From IMG/VR virus record IMGVR_UViG_3300006999_000001, positions 1-51,168 of that record: a stretch of 51,168 nucleotides of DNA; one strand, 5' to 3'. The first letter of the stretch is position 1; each line of letters begins with the position of its first letter. The translations under genes were made by a program, and so were the position numbers. The stretch comes from a virus. Its lineage: Duplodnaviria; Caudoviricetes. Shown one piece after another: positions 36,676 to 45,021 of the stretch. Below the pieces are notes generated by a model. That model was not told the origin of the DNA, did not search any database, and saw nothing but the letters and a program-made list of their open reading frames with translations.

Positions 36676-36987
36676 ATGACTGACGACAACCAAGAGCAGC
36701 TGACCGACGGAGAAGAAGAGACCACGAAAGACGCCGACCCCGAGGCCGGGGGCTCCCCGTACGACGCCGGACAGAAGCGGCCGCTCGATCACGGGGTGAA
36801 GATTCGCGGGAAGGTCAAGAGAGGGACCGGGACCCGCGACCAGGATGAGCTCCTGATCGAGGGCCGCGGTGAGAACGCCGAAGAGGCGGCCGTCGACTTC
36901 GAGGCGGCCCTCCGGCACGCCGAAGAGGCCGAGTGGGCTGACCGGCTCCGGGCCCTGCAGCCCGGGGAAGGTGAGGAAGATGAGTGA
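36676..36987 (+). CDS. Conserved-looking haloarchaeal small protein (KRGTGTRDQD motif)
   Basis: GVKIRGKVKRGTGTRDQD. Confidence 0.7.
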   Translation: MTDDNQEQLTDGEEETTKDADPEAGGSPYDAGQKRPLDHGVKIRGKVKRGTGTRDQDELLIEGRGENAEEAAVDFEAALRHAEEAEWADRLRALQPGEGEEDE

Positions 36988-37261
36988 GGGCCCGCTTCTG
37001 AAAGCGGTGGTCCTGGCTCACGAGGGCAAGGTCACCGAGGCGGTGGAGCAGATCGCCAAGGAGCACGAGCGGATGGCCAAACGCTACCTCTCCCTCCTGG
37101 AAGGGAACTCCCTGGCCGTCGACGGGCCGGACTTTCCTACCGGGCCGGAGGCTGACTACTACAAGGGCCGGCTGGATGAGGCCCGGTCGTCAGCTATGAC
37201 TGCCAGCCAGGTGTGGCTCGCGCTCGAGGACCGGGAGACCGGGGAGGCCGACGATGAGTGA
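36980..37261 (+). CDS. Hypothetical protein
   Basis: Overlapping start/stop coupling. Confidence 0.65.
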   Translation: MSEGPLLKAVVLAHEGKVTEAVEQIAKEHERMAKRYLSLLEGNSLAVDGPDFPTGPEADYYKGRLDEARSSAMTASQVWLALEDRETGEADDE

Positions 37262-37586
37262 CGACGACGGGATCACGCTCCGGGGGACCAGCTTCACGGT
37301 CTCCGCTTCGGAGAAGGTGAGCACCGGCGAGTACGAGAATTATAACCCGCACCTGACCCTCGAGGGTGAGATACCGAAGGAGGAGCTCACCGAAGAGAAC
37401 CGCGAGGACGTCAAGCAGCAGCTCCTCTCACTTCACGGCGACCTGCAGGCCGTCCTCAACAAGGCGGCCGGGAACCGTATCGCCGAGCCCGAGTTCGAGG
37501 ACTGGACGTTCGGCGATGAGGGCCCCGCGGTGAAAGAGGCCGAGACCATCGACCACGCGACCGACGGGGGTCAGACCGATGAGTGA
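37254..37586 (+). CDS. Hypothetical protein
   Basis: Overlapping start/stop coupling; SEKVSTGEYEN. Confidence 0.7.
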   Translation: MSDDDGITLRGTSFTVSASEKVSTGEYENYNPHLTLEGEIPKEELTEENREDVKQQLLSLHGDLQAVLNKAAGNRIAEPEFEDWTFGDEGPAVKEAETIDHATDGGQTDE

Positions 37587-37902
37587 GGACACCGACCTGG
37601 TCCTCCCTGACCCTCACGAGGTGGAGGTGACGGTCGTCCTGGCGGGGCTCGCCTCGGTACAGATGCAGGCCCTACCCGCGGGTGACATCGAGAAGGTGGC
37701 CGCGGCCGGGAACGCGATGGGGAAGCTCGCCGAAGAGAACCCCGACCTGGTCCGTGAGGCGTTCCTCCAGAACCGGGAGGCCTTCCACATCGCTGCGATG
37801 CCCGACGAGATGCTCGAGCACCTGGACCTCGAGGAGCGGGACGGGACCCTGTACGAAAAGACCGACGGGGACGAATGGACCGAGGTGGAGATCGATGGCT
37901 GA
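37579..37902 (+). CDS. Hypothetical protein
   Basis: Coupled acidic ORF. Confidence 0.65.
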   Translation: MSEDTDLVLPDPHEVEVTVVLAGLASVQMQALPAGDIEKVAAAGNAMGKLAEENPDLVREAFLQNREAFHIAAMPDEMLEHLDLEERDGTLYEKTDGDEWTEVEIDG

Positions 37903-38302
37903 CTGCCCTCACCGCGACTGCGGTCAGACCCACAAGATTCGGAACTTCACCGAGACCGGGTACATATTCGAGTGCCCGGCCGGTCACAAGTGGGTCCGTG
38001 AGGATGAGGACGCCGAGCCGGTCGGGGCCCTCGAGACGGCTCACCACCAGGACAGTCAGTTCGGCGACTACCTGCGGGCCTCCCGAGTCGACCGCCGGGC
38101 CGCGGCCTTCGTTCACGCCCGCGATGAGGACGGGAACTTCCTCGTCACCATCCCGGACCACCTGACGATCACCGTCGACGGCGAGCTCAACAACGAGCCG
38201 ACGATCACGGTGGAGAGTCAGGACCACCCGACCGCCCTTACGGTTAGGGACCGGAACGGGAGCTTCACCGAGCTGACCTTCGGGGAGGGCGTCGATGAGT
38301 GA
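37895..38302 (+). CDS. Protein with an N-terminal Zn ribbon
   Basis: CPHRDCG...CPAGH. Confidence 0.65.
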   Translation: MADCPHRDCGQTHKIRNFTETGYIFECPAGHKWVREDEDAEPVGALETAHHQDSQFGDYLRASRVDRRAAAFVHARDEDGNFLVTIPDHLTITVDGELNNEPTITVESQDHPTALTVRDRNGSFTELTFGEGVDE

Positions 38303-38612
38303 CGCCGACCTCGAGCCGTCGACGGTCAGCGACCTCCGGGCGGAGACCCGCCGGCTGATCGAGTCCGACGTCAGCGGAGGCTACCACCCGCTCCGGAAGT
38401 ACGAGAAGCATCGAGCGTACTACGCCCTGACCGGGATCAAGCTCGGGGACGCCTCGAACGGGAAGGTCAGCTACGAGCTCCTCGAGCTCCTGGCCGACAC
38501 GTACGACACCGACTTCGAGCTGCGTGACCCGTTCGACGCCGGCGGGCCGTTCACCAAGGACGAGCTCACCGCCCTGGTCGACGCGCTCAAAGAGGAGGCC
38601 GCCGATGAGTGA
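38295..38612 (+). CDS. Hypothetical protein
   Basis: Coupled acidic ORF. Confidence 0.65.
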   Translation: MSDADLEPSTVSDLRAETRRLIESDVSGGYHPLRKYEKHRAYYALTGIKLGDASNGKVSYELLELLADTYDTDFELRDPFDAGGPFTKDELTALVDALKEEAADE

Positions 38613-38901
38613 CGAGCCCGAGCGGTTCGTTGAGCACCCGGCCCCCGACCGGTTCTTAATGCAGATCGAGCCGGCCGAGGTGGAGATGGACGTCCACGAT
38701 CACGACGACGTCACCTTCAAGAGCCAGCTGGTCCCGGGCGGGACCTTCTGCGTGGAGCTCACCGCGAAGTACACGTACGCCGGGCGGGACTGCAGTCAGC
38801 ACCTCTCGCTCACCCGGGCCGGGGCCGAGTCCCTGTACGAGCGCCTCGGGAACATCCTCGAGGCTGACCACCGCGGTGATCGGGGTGGCCGACGTGACTG
38901 A
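38605..38901 (+). CDS. Hypothetical protein
   Basis: Coupled ORF. Confidence 0.6.
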   Translation: MSDEPERFVEHPAPDRFLMQIEPAEVEMDVHDHDDVTFKSQLVPGGTFCVELTAKYTYAGRDCSQHLSLTRAGAESLYERLGNILEADHRGDRGGRRD

Positions 38902-39163
38902 CGAGGACACGGGGTACGCCTTCGAGGAGGACTACGGCGTCCCGAAGGGTGAGGGAACCCCGCCCGGCGAGGCGACCATCTACGACGGCGACCGCCGGGC
39001 CCGGGAGGACCTCTCCTGCCCGAACGGCTGCTTCGAGCTCGAGGTGACCGCTCACCACGAGACCGGCGGGGCCGATCAGCTGATCGACCAGGCCGTACAG
39101 GATGAGCCCGGGCCCTGCCCGAGCTGCGGAGCCAGCCTCACCGACACCGAGGGGGAGCCCTGA
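38894..39163 (+). CDS. CPxCG zinc-finger protein
   Basis: CPNGC and CPSCG. Confidence 0.6.
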   Translation: MTDEDTGYAFEEDYGVPKGEGTPPGEATIYDGDRRAREDLSCPNGCFELEVTAHHETGGADQLIDQAVQDEPGPCPSCGASLTDTEGEP

Positions 39164-39165
39164 CG

Positions 39166-39282
39166 ATGAACCTCTTGGAACCCCGCCCTCACGATGAGTG
39201 GGTGTGGACAATCTGGAAGGCCGCCTTCGCCCTGTACATCGTGTGGTATCTCACCGCCTCGGTTTACCTGGTGGTTCGATGA
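39166..39282 (+). CDS. 38-aa membrane peptide (not in ORF track)
   Basis: WVWTIWKAAFALYIVWYLTASVYLVV; its stop overlaps the HNH start. Confidence 0.55.
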   Translation: MNLLEPRPHDEWVWTIWKAAFALYIVWYLTASVYLVVR

Positions 39283-39731
39283 GCAAAACGATGGAAGAGC
39301 GCTTCTGGGAGAAGGTCGACAAACGAGGTCCCGAAGAGTGCTGGCCCTGGACGGCAGCGAGCCAACCGGAGGGGTACGGCAACTTCTGGGACGGAGAGTC
39401 CCACGTCGGGGCTCACCGAGTCTCCTTCAAACTCGAGCACGGTGACCCTGATGGGGAAGTCGTGAGACACACCTGCGACAACCCTTCCTGCGTGAACCCC
39501 CGACACCTCCTCACCGGCGACCACCAGGACAACGCCCGAGACCGGGAGGAGCGAAACCCGAGAGACAGAAGTGGAGAGAACGCCGGGCGGTCGAAGCTCA
39601 CCGAGGAGGACGTCCAGGAGATAAAGAGCCGTCTCGGAGAGGATACGCAAGAGGAGCTCGCCGAAGAGTTCGAAGTTTCCCGGTCGGCGATCAGTCATAT
39701 CGCGCTCGGCAACAACTGGGGTGGTTTGTGA
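39279..39731 (+). CDS. HNH homing endonuclease with a C-terminal HTH
   Basis: ERFWEKVDK..CWPW..GYG..AHRVS..RHTCDNPSCVNPRHL. Confidence 0.9.
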   Translation: MSKTMEERFWEKVDKRGPEECWPWTAASQPEGYGNFWDGESHVGAHRVSFKLEHGDPDGEVVRHTCDNPSCVNPRHLLTGDHQDNARDREERNPRDRSGENAGRSKLTEEDVQEIKSRLGEDTQEELAEEFEVSRSAISHIALGNNWGGL

Positions 39732-40075
39732 TTCTGTTTAAATCGTACCACATCCCGCAGATTCGCAGCGGGAGTAAGACCGTGACCCGGCGGGAGTGGG
39801 AGCGCCGGCAGGCCGTCCCCGGGAACGTGTACATCGCCTCGACGGAGATGTTCACCTCCCACGAGGAGGCCGACTGTTACATCCGGGCGACCGACGTGTA
39901 CGAGCAGCCGCTCGGGGAGATGAGTGACGCCGACGCCCGGGCCGAGGGCGAGTATGAGGACCTCGAGGACTTCCGGGCCGGGTACGAGAAGGTGTACGGT
40001 GAGGGCTCCTGGGACCCCGAGAAGGTCGTGTGGGTCGTGGAGTTCGAGTACATCGGCCGGGAACGGCCCGAATAG
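39728..40075 (+). CDS. ASCH (PUA-like) domain protein
   Basis: ILFK..I.SGSKTVTRR...DARAEG...VWVVEFE. Confidence 0.85.
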   Translation: MILFKSYHIPQIRSGSKTVTRREWERRQAVPGNVYIASTEMFTSHEEADCYIRATDVYEQPLGEMSDADARAEGEYEDLEDFRAGYEKVYGEGSWDPEKVVWVVEFEYIGRERPE

Positions 40076-40101
40076 CACCGTCGACGCCCTTCTCGCGGCC
40101 T

Positions 40102-40361
40102 GTCCCTCACGAATTCTGCCGAACGACAGCCGGGCCACAGTCGGCCGACGTTGGCTCGTGTGGCCGAGGAGGACCACTCCGTAGCCTACCCCCTGGAGAA
40201 GTTTTCTCGGGAAATGGACTCGTCCGGGTCTGTCCCTTACGAATTCGGCCGACTCGCACTTTTCGGGGGTTCATTTCACCGGAAGCGTGGAGTGGTGGCA
40301 AGTCGCCAGGACCGTGGAACCACGACCGGATGGGGCTTAAGGGTTGTCCTTCGTGTACAGC
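40102..40361 (-). other. 260-nt conserved non-coding element, copy 2, including repeat promoter P10
   Basis: Gap-free match to 13951-14210; minus-strand promoter core at 40336-40363. Confidence 0.8.
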
Positions 40362-40456
40362 CGTCAGGTGATCCCGGTCAGTCGTCCGACGGATACCATC
40401 GCAATCAGTCCTGACGGAGACCAGTCTTTACAGGCTCGTACGCGAGTGGTTGAAGT

Positions 40457-40639
40457 ATGAGCTCACCCGTTGAGGCCTGGGGTCTCGCCTTCGCCCTGAC
40501 CGGCGGGGCGTGGACCCTGGTTATGCTGGTCGGCCTGATCGCAACGCCGAGAGACTTCCTCCAGGCCCGGTTCCTTATGGGGACCTTCACGTTCCTGGGG
40601 CTGGCCCTCACCGCGGTCGGGATGGTGGGTCTCGTATGA
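40457..40639 (+). CDS. Small two-helix membrane protein
   Basis: Two hydrophobic segments. Confidence 0.6.
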   Translation: MSSPVEAWGLAFALTGGAWTLVMLVGLIATPRDFLQARFLMGTFTFLGLALTAVGMVGLV

Positions 40640-40962
40640 GCACCGTCAGTCAGTCCTACCGCAGCGAGTGGGGGCTCGGCTTCGGCCTGATCGTGATCGC
40701 CGACACCGTCCTGACCGCGGCTGCCGTCGACGCCGGCCTCGGTGTTGAGGGGAACCCGCTCATCGCCGGCCTGGTAATGGGGGGCGGATACCTCGAGCTC
40801 GCGGTGCTCAAGCTCCTGGTTATGCTCACGGTGTACGGGGTCTGGAAGTACAGCGAGCCCGGGCGGGCTGACGCCTGGGTCCCGAAGTACGCCGCGGTCG
40901 CCGGCGTCCTCATCGTCACCTGGAACATCCTCAACATCGCGCTGGCCCTGACCCTCGGTTAA
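40636..40962 (+). CDS. Membrane protein (DUF5658-like)
   Basis: ADTVLT....GLGVEGNPL; three hydrophobic segments. Confidence 0.7.
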   Translation: MSTVSQSYRSEWGLGFGLIVIADTVLTAAAVDAGLGVEGNPLIAGLVMGGGYLELAVLKLLVMLTVYGVWKYSEPGRADAWVPKYAAVAGVLIVTWNILNIALALTLG

Positions 40963-41027
40963 CCACGAAGGACAACGGTTAAGGTCTCCCCCGTACAAGA
41001 AGCAGTTGTAAGAGGTAACAGGCTATG
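40957..41027 (+). promoter_or_regulatory. Repeat promoter/leader P11
   Basis: GGTTAACCACGAAGGACAACGGTTAAG...GTAAGAGGTAACAGGCTATG. Confidence 0.85.
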
Positions 41028-41201
41028 ACAGCAAACAAGTTTGAAAGCGGTCACGACACCATCGAAGTGTACGGCATCGAAGAAGGCGACGACAAGGTCA
41101 GCTGCGTCGACGTCAACGAGGGCTTCCTCTTTATGATGGAGCCCGCGGAGCTCGCGAGCTTCCTGACCGACCACGGATACACGTTCACGGGGGCGGCCTG
41201 A
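41025..41201 (+). CDS. 58-aa protein (not in ORF track)
   Basis: Starts exactly at the ATG of P11: MTANKFESGHDTIEV... Confidence 0.75.
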   Translation: MTANKFESGHDTIEVYGIEEGDDKVSCVDVNEGFLFMMEPAELASFLTDHGYTFTGAA

Positions 41202-41203
41202 CG

Positions 41204-41530
41204 ATGAGGGGAGATCGCCCGTTCACCCGGATGGCCTGCCGTCAGCAGGGAACCGACGCCCGCAACTTCGCGGTGATCCACCAGCTGCTCGGTGAGGCCG
41301 ACTGCTACGAGGGCGGCTCGAGCGACCCGGAAGAGTACCACCGGCCGACGGTGGAGGAACTCATCGACGCAACCATCCGGGCGATGCCGCAGACCGAGCT
41401 GGACTGGGACGTCCGTCACCCGGCCGACTGCGGCTGCCGGGTCTGCAGCTACCGGCGGGGCGAGGACTTCTACGTGAGCGAGACCAGCGAGGACTACTGG
41501 AAGCAGGCCCGTCAGAAGGTGGAGGTATGA
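41204..41530 (+). CDS. Hypothetical protein with an HxxxCxCxxC motif
   Basis: HPADCGCRVC. Confidence 0.6.
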   Translation: MRGDRPFTRMACRQQGTDARNFAVIHQLLGEADCYEGGSSDPEEYHRPTVEELIDATIRAMPQTELDWDVRHPADCGCRVCSYRRGEDFYVSETSEDYWKQARQKVEV

Positions 41531-41775
41531 GCCGCGAGGTCACCGCGGAGATGTTCCACGAGCACGACACCGACTGGGTGTTCATCTCCCTCGAGGACGA
41601 CGCCCTCCCGTACGGCGTCCTGGACTCGGCCGAAACGAAGCTGTACGGCCGGGAGGACCTGGACGAGCTCATCGAGGCGGCCGAGGATCAGGGTGACGGG
41701 ACCAGCCGGCTCGAGCTCGGGACGGTCACGGTCACCGAGGACGGCAGCTTCGACGGGCTGACGGTCACGGCCTGA
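41527..41775 (+). CDS. Hypothetical protein
   Basis: GGAGGT SD; coupled. Confidence 0.7.
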   Translation: MSREVTAEMFHEHDTDWVFISLEDDALPYGVLDSAETKLYGREDLDELIEAAEDQGDGTSRLELGTVTVTEDGSFDGLTVTA

Positions 41776-41800
41776 CCGGACGCGACCTCCCTTCTTTCGC

Positions 41801-41871
41801 GGTTAAACACGAAGGACAACCCTTATAGTCACGGCTGTCCAAGCAGTAGTTGTAAGAGGTAACAGGCTATG
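41801..41871 (+). promoter_or_regulatory. Repeat promoter/leader P12
   Basis: GGTTAAACACGAAGGACAACCCTTATA...GTAAGAGGTAACAGGCTATG. Confidence 0.85.
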
Positions 41872-42114
41872 ACGCTACGACTCAACAACGTTCGACACGA
41901 GGTCGACTACGACGGAACGCACCGCTTCCAGCTGACGTACATCCAGGGCCGAGAGGAGGCCCGGGTGACCGCGAAGCTCAACGAGGACGGGACGGCCGAG
42001 GCCGAGTGTGAGACCCTGGACGCCGACTCCCTGATGGACGAGATAGTGCTCGAGGAGCACGCTCACCACTTCGCCGAAGAGCACGGCCGCGCCTTCGGGG
42101 AGGTCGACCTATGA
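41869..42114 (+). CDS. Hypothetical protein
   Basis: Starts at P12. Confidence 0.8.
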   Translation: MTLRLNNVRHEVDYDGTHRFQLTYIQGREEARVTAKLNEDGTAEAECETLDADSLMDEIVLEEHAHHFAEEHGRAFGEVDL

Positions 42115-42503
42115 GCTACTCCGAGGGCGAGCGGCTGATCGTCACCGTCGACGGAGAGGAGCGGGAAGTGACGCTCGAGACCGTGACTGCGGTCGACCGC
42201 CTCCTACTTGTGAACGACGGGGAGCAGCGGTTCACCGCGGGGATGGGTGAGGTGACGGGACGCGAGCTCACCTTCGGGGTGTACCCGGACGGCCCCGAGT
42301 CCGAGTACGACGTGTTCGCGGTGATGAACCAGGAGCGGTCAGACATCCCGGTCGGGACCCTGGCCGAAATCCAGGAGCACGTCAACGACGCCGTCGACGC
42401 CGGCGAGCTCCCGACCGATGAGGAGCTCCCCGAGGCGGGCCGGGCGATGTACGAGCCCGGGAAGGCCAGCGGTGAGGTACTGACCATCGAGCTCACCGAC
42501 TGA
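42111..42503 (+). CDS. Hypothetical protein
   Basis: Coupled ORF followed by a terminator. Confidence 0.7.
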   Translation: MSYSEGERLIVTVDGEEREVTLETVTAVDRLLLVNDGEQRFTAGMGEVTGRELTFGVYPDGPESEYDVFAVMNQERSDIPVGTLAEIQEHVNDAVDAGELPTDEELPEAGRAMYEPGKASGEVLTIELTD

Positions 42504-42507
42504 CGCA

Positions 42508-42531
42508 GGCCGGCTCTTTTTCTCGTTCGGG
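42508..42531 (+). terminator. Repeated T-run terminator
   Basis: GGCCGGCTCTTTTTCTCGTTCGGG. Confidence 0.7.
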
Positions 42532-42532
42532 C

Positions 42533-42606
42533 GGTTGTACACGTACGACAACGGTTAAGACCCCCGGCGTTCTGGTTGCACCTGTACCGAGAGGTAACAG
42601 GCTATG
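42533..42606 (+). promoter_or_regulatory. Repeat promoter/leader P13
   Basis: GGTTGTACACGTACGACAACGGTTAAG...GAGGTAACAGGCTATG. Confidence 0.85.
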
Positions 42607-42915
42607 AGCGAGAAACCATACCGAAACGACGCGCAACGTATAGCTGACCAGGACGACACCGTCCAGGGTCTGGTCGCCGACCGGACCGGGCTCGAGAAGC
42701 CCGTCACCTTCTCCGGGACCGCAAGCCCGACCGACCGCTTCTGCGAGTTGTGTACCTACGCGCAGACCGCCTCCTTCCGCTGCCCGACCTACGGGCCCGG
42801 CGGAGACAACGAGGGGACCGTGGTCTGTACCACGCACGCCCGGGCCCTGGTCACGGGCCAGTGGGATCACGGCGAGAAGTACGAGGTCGTCCCGCTCGAG
42901 GAGCCCGACCGATGA
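42604..42915 (+). CDS. Zn-finger protein
   Basis: CELC...CTTH; starts at P13. Confidence 0.75.
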   Translation: MSEKPYRNDAQRIADQDDTVQGLVADRTGLEKPVTFSGTASPTDRFCELCTYAQTASFRCPTYGPGGDNEGTVVCTTHARALVTGQWDHGEKYEVVPLEEPDR

Positions 42916-43190
42916 GCGTCAGGCTTCACCCGCAGAACGACCGGGTCGGGACCGCCGGCCTGATCGCGCCGGGCCTCGAGCACTTCCGGCATCCCGCGGT
43001 GTACGTCACCGAGCACGGTGAGGTGAAACACGAGACCCCGCTTTGCCCGCACGTCAGGGGCCGGACCCACTACGCGGTCTGCCGCGAGGAGGCCCTGTAC
43101 ATCTACGGCGAGCGGAGGTGCTCCACCTGCGAGATGCACCGGTGGGACTCGGGCGGCTGGACTGACCCGCGCTTCCGGAGGGACCGATGA
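42912..43190 (+). CDS. Small Zn-binding protein
   Basis: H...CPH...RRCSTC. Confidence 0.6.
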   Translation: MSVRLHPQNDRVGTAGLIAPGLEHFRHPAVYVTEHGEVKHETPLCPHVRGRTHYAVCREEALYIYGERRCSTCEMHRWDSGGWTDPRFRRDR

Positions 43191-43438
43191 GCTCCAACGC
43201 CGACGCCGTCGACGTCAGGGTCCCGGCCGGCTCACCCGACGAGTTCCAGGAGGACATCGAGCTCGCCATCCGGTGTGAGTTCTTCCCGGGTGAGCTCCAG
43301 GACATCCGCCGGCGGTTCGACCGCGACGGGAGAGAGGCCATCCGGGACGCGGCCGAGAACTTCATCGCCGAGGAGACGCCGAACCGAGAGGCGTACGTCG
43401 ACGCGATGGCTGACGCCTTCGAAGAGGTGCTCGGCTGA
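43187..43438 (+). CDS. Hypothetical protein
   Basis: Coupled acidic ORF. Confidence 0.65.
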   Translation: MSSNADAVDVRVPAGSPDEFQEDIELAIRCEFFPGELQDIRRRFDRDGREAIRDAAENFIAEETPNREAYVDAMADAFEEVLG

Positions 43439-43740
43439 TGGTCGTCCGTATCGTGAGGCTCGCCCGGCCCCGCCCGAGCGACCGAGTGAACGATGAGCCC
43501 TACGAGGAGGTCCTGATGTTCGAGCGGGCCTACCAGGACGGCGACCGGGTGATCGCGGTGGACCCGAAGAACCAGAACCGGAAGGACGGCCCCCGGCAGT
43601 TCACCCGTGACCACCTGGTGGAGATCGACTTCGAGGGGCTCGCGGTGATCCCGTACGAGAGGATGGTGAGGGAGATCGGCGGGGACGTCGACGCCCTATC
43701 CGCAGCGGCCGTCGACTCCACGGTGGAGCGTCTGGTCTGA
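43438..43740 (+). CDS. Hypothetical protein
   Basis: Coupled ORF. Confidence 0.65.
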   Translation: MVVRIVRLARPRPSDRVNDEPYEEVLMFERAYQDGDRVIAVDPKNQNRKDGPRQFTRDHLVEIDFEGLAVIPYERMVREIGGDVDALSAAAVDSTVERLV

Positions 43741-43789
43741 CGACGCCCTGACCGGTTCCTATTTTTACCTGACGCTCGTCCCCCACGAC

Positions 43790-44524
43790 GTGAACGTTCA
43801 CGACTTCCTGCTCAACAAGAGCGACCCGGAACGGCCGCTCACCGCGATGGCCGAGATCCGGGAGTACGTCGACGGGATGCCCGAGACCGCGGCCTTCTGG
43901 TCACCGGCCGACGCGACTGACGCCTGGCCCCACCGGGTGACTGACGAGATGCTCGAGATGCTCGGGGCCTGGCCCGTCCCCGATGAGCACTCCGGCGGGT
44001 CGCAGACCGGTTCCCGGTACGTGAACCCGGGGTATATTCACGCAAAGGAGTACTCCGACCTGGGCTTTCCGTGTGGCTGCGGGGAGGTGACCTACGGGTA
44101 CGGGACCGGGTCGCAGATGGAGACCGGGGCGATCAAGGCTCACGATGAGGACTGCTCGGAGGTCAGTCAGAAGCGAGCGAAGCTCCAGCTGTACTTCGCC
44201 CGGGTCAGCTGGCTCAAGCGGGCCGCGATGTTCTGGATCAGGCAGCCGGTGGCCCGCAAGCGTCTCGGCTTCACCGCCGACCACTCCGCAACGCGGCTCG
44301 TGAAACCTCTCGGTGAGGGATACCACGACTGGTACGGCCGGGGGAAGGACCTCGCTGCTAACACGATGACCATCCTCCGCGGGTGGGACGTCGACGCGCA
44401 GCTGATCGCCGACGCCTACGGGACCTCGAGGCAGACCGTGTACACGTACAAGGCTCACGCCGACCCGGACGTCGTTGAGCCCCGAGCTCCCCGGGCGTTC
44501 GAGGACCACCGAACGAAGGCCTGA
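43790..44524 (+). CDS. Zn-binding protein with a C-terminal HTH-like motif (start uncertain)
   Basis: CGCG...HDEDC; AQLIADAYGTSRQTVYTY. Confidence 0.65.
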   Translation: MNVHDFLLNKSDPERPLTAMAEIREYVDGMPETAAFWSPADATDAWPHRVTDEMLEMLGAWPVPDEHSGGSQTGSRYVNPGYIHAKEYSDLGFPCGCGEVTYGYGTGSQMETGAIKAHDEDCSEVSQKRAKLQLYFARVSWLKRAAMFWIRQPVARKRLGFTADHSATRLVKPLGEGYHDWYGRGKDLAANTMTILRGWDVDAQLIADAYGTSRQTVYTYKAHADPDVVEPRAPRAFEDHRTKA

Positions 44525-44573
44525 CGCACACCCGGAACCTTTTTAGTGACTGTCAGACAATCCCCTGACGGGT

Positions 44574-44939
44574 ATGATGATTGACCTAACCGCGTTCCAG
44601 CAGCTCATCCTCCTGGACGTCAGCATCCGCGAGCGACAGAACGGCGAGTCGCCTCACGGCCTGGCGATCAAGAGCGACCTCGAGGAGATGTACGGCGAAG
44701 AGGTGAACCACGGTCGGCTGTACCCGAACCTGGACGACCTGGTCGACGCCGGGCTCCTCAACAAGAGCGAGCGGGACAAGCGAACGAACGAGTACAGCCT
44801 CACCGAGCAGGGGGCCTCCGCGATCAGCGACCTCGCCGGCCTCATCCACGTCGCGCAGGGAAAGGACGGGGCGAACCCCTACGTCGACGCCGGGTCAGTC
44901 GTCAGCGGTCTCACCAAGCAGACCGTCGACGCCGACTGA
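44574..44939 (+). CDS. PadR-family winged-helix regulator
   Basis: DLTAFQ...PHGLAIK..LE..YGEEVNHGRLYPNLDDLV..G...DKRTNEY. Confidence 0.9.
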   Translation: MMIDLTAFQQLILLDVSIRERQNGESPHGLAIKSDLEEMYGEEVNHGRLYPNLDDLVDAGLLNKSERDKRTNEYSLTEQGASAISDLAGLIHVAQGKDGANPYVDAGSVVSGLTKQTVDAD

Positions 44940-44966
44940 TCCTCTCTCGGGGAGCCGCAACACCGC

Positions 44967-45000
44967 GGGCCGGACACCGGTTCAACTCCGGGACGGCCCT
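44967..45000 (+). ncRNA. tRNA minihelix-like element (acceptor-type stem plus T-arm only)
   Basis: GGGCCG...CCGG TTCAACT CCGG..CGGCCC. Confidence 0.45.
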
Positions 45001-45021
45001 CCCCACACGCTCCCCCCTTTC

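Noticed and set aside
29349-42606. Repeat promoters as a CRISPR or TIGR-type array, or as integron attC sites
   Set aside because: The repeats are separated by whole genes of variable length and contain TATA/SD/ATG elements. No cas, Nop-domain or integrase gene is recognisable.
44967-45005. tmRNA gene (GAC..GGTTCAACTCC resemblance)
   Set aside because: There is no G3-U70 alanine acceptor, tag reading frame or matching 5' end, and tmRNA is not known in archaea.
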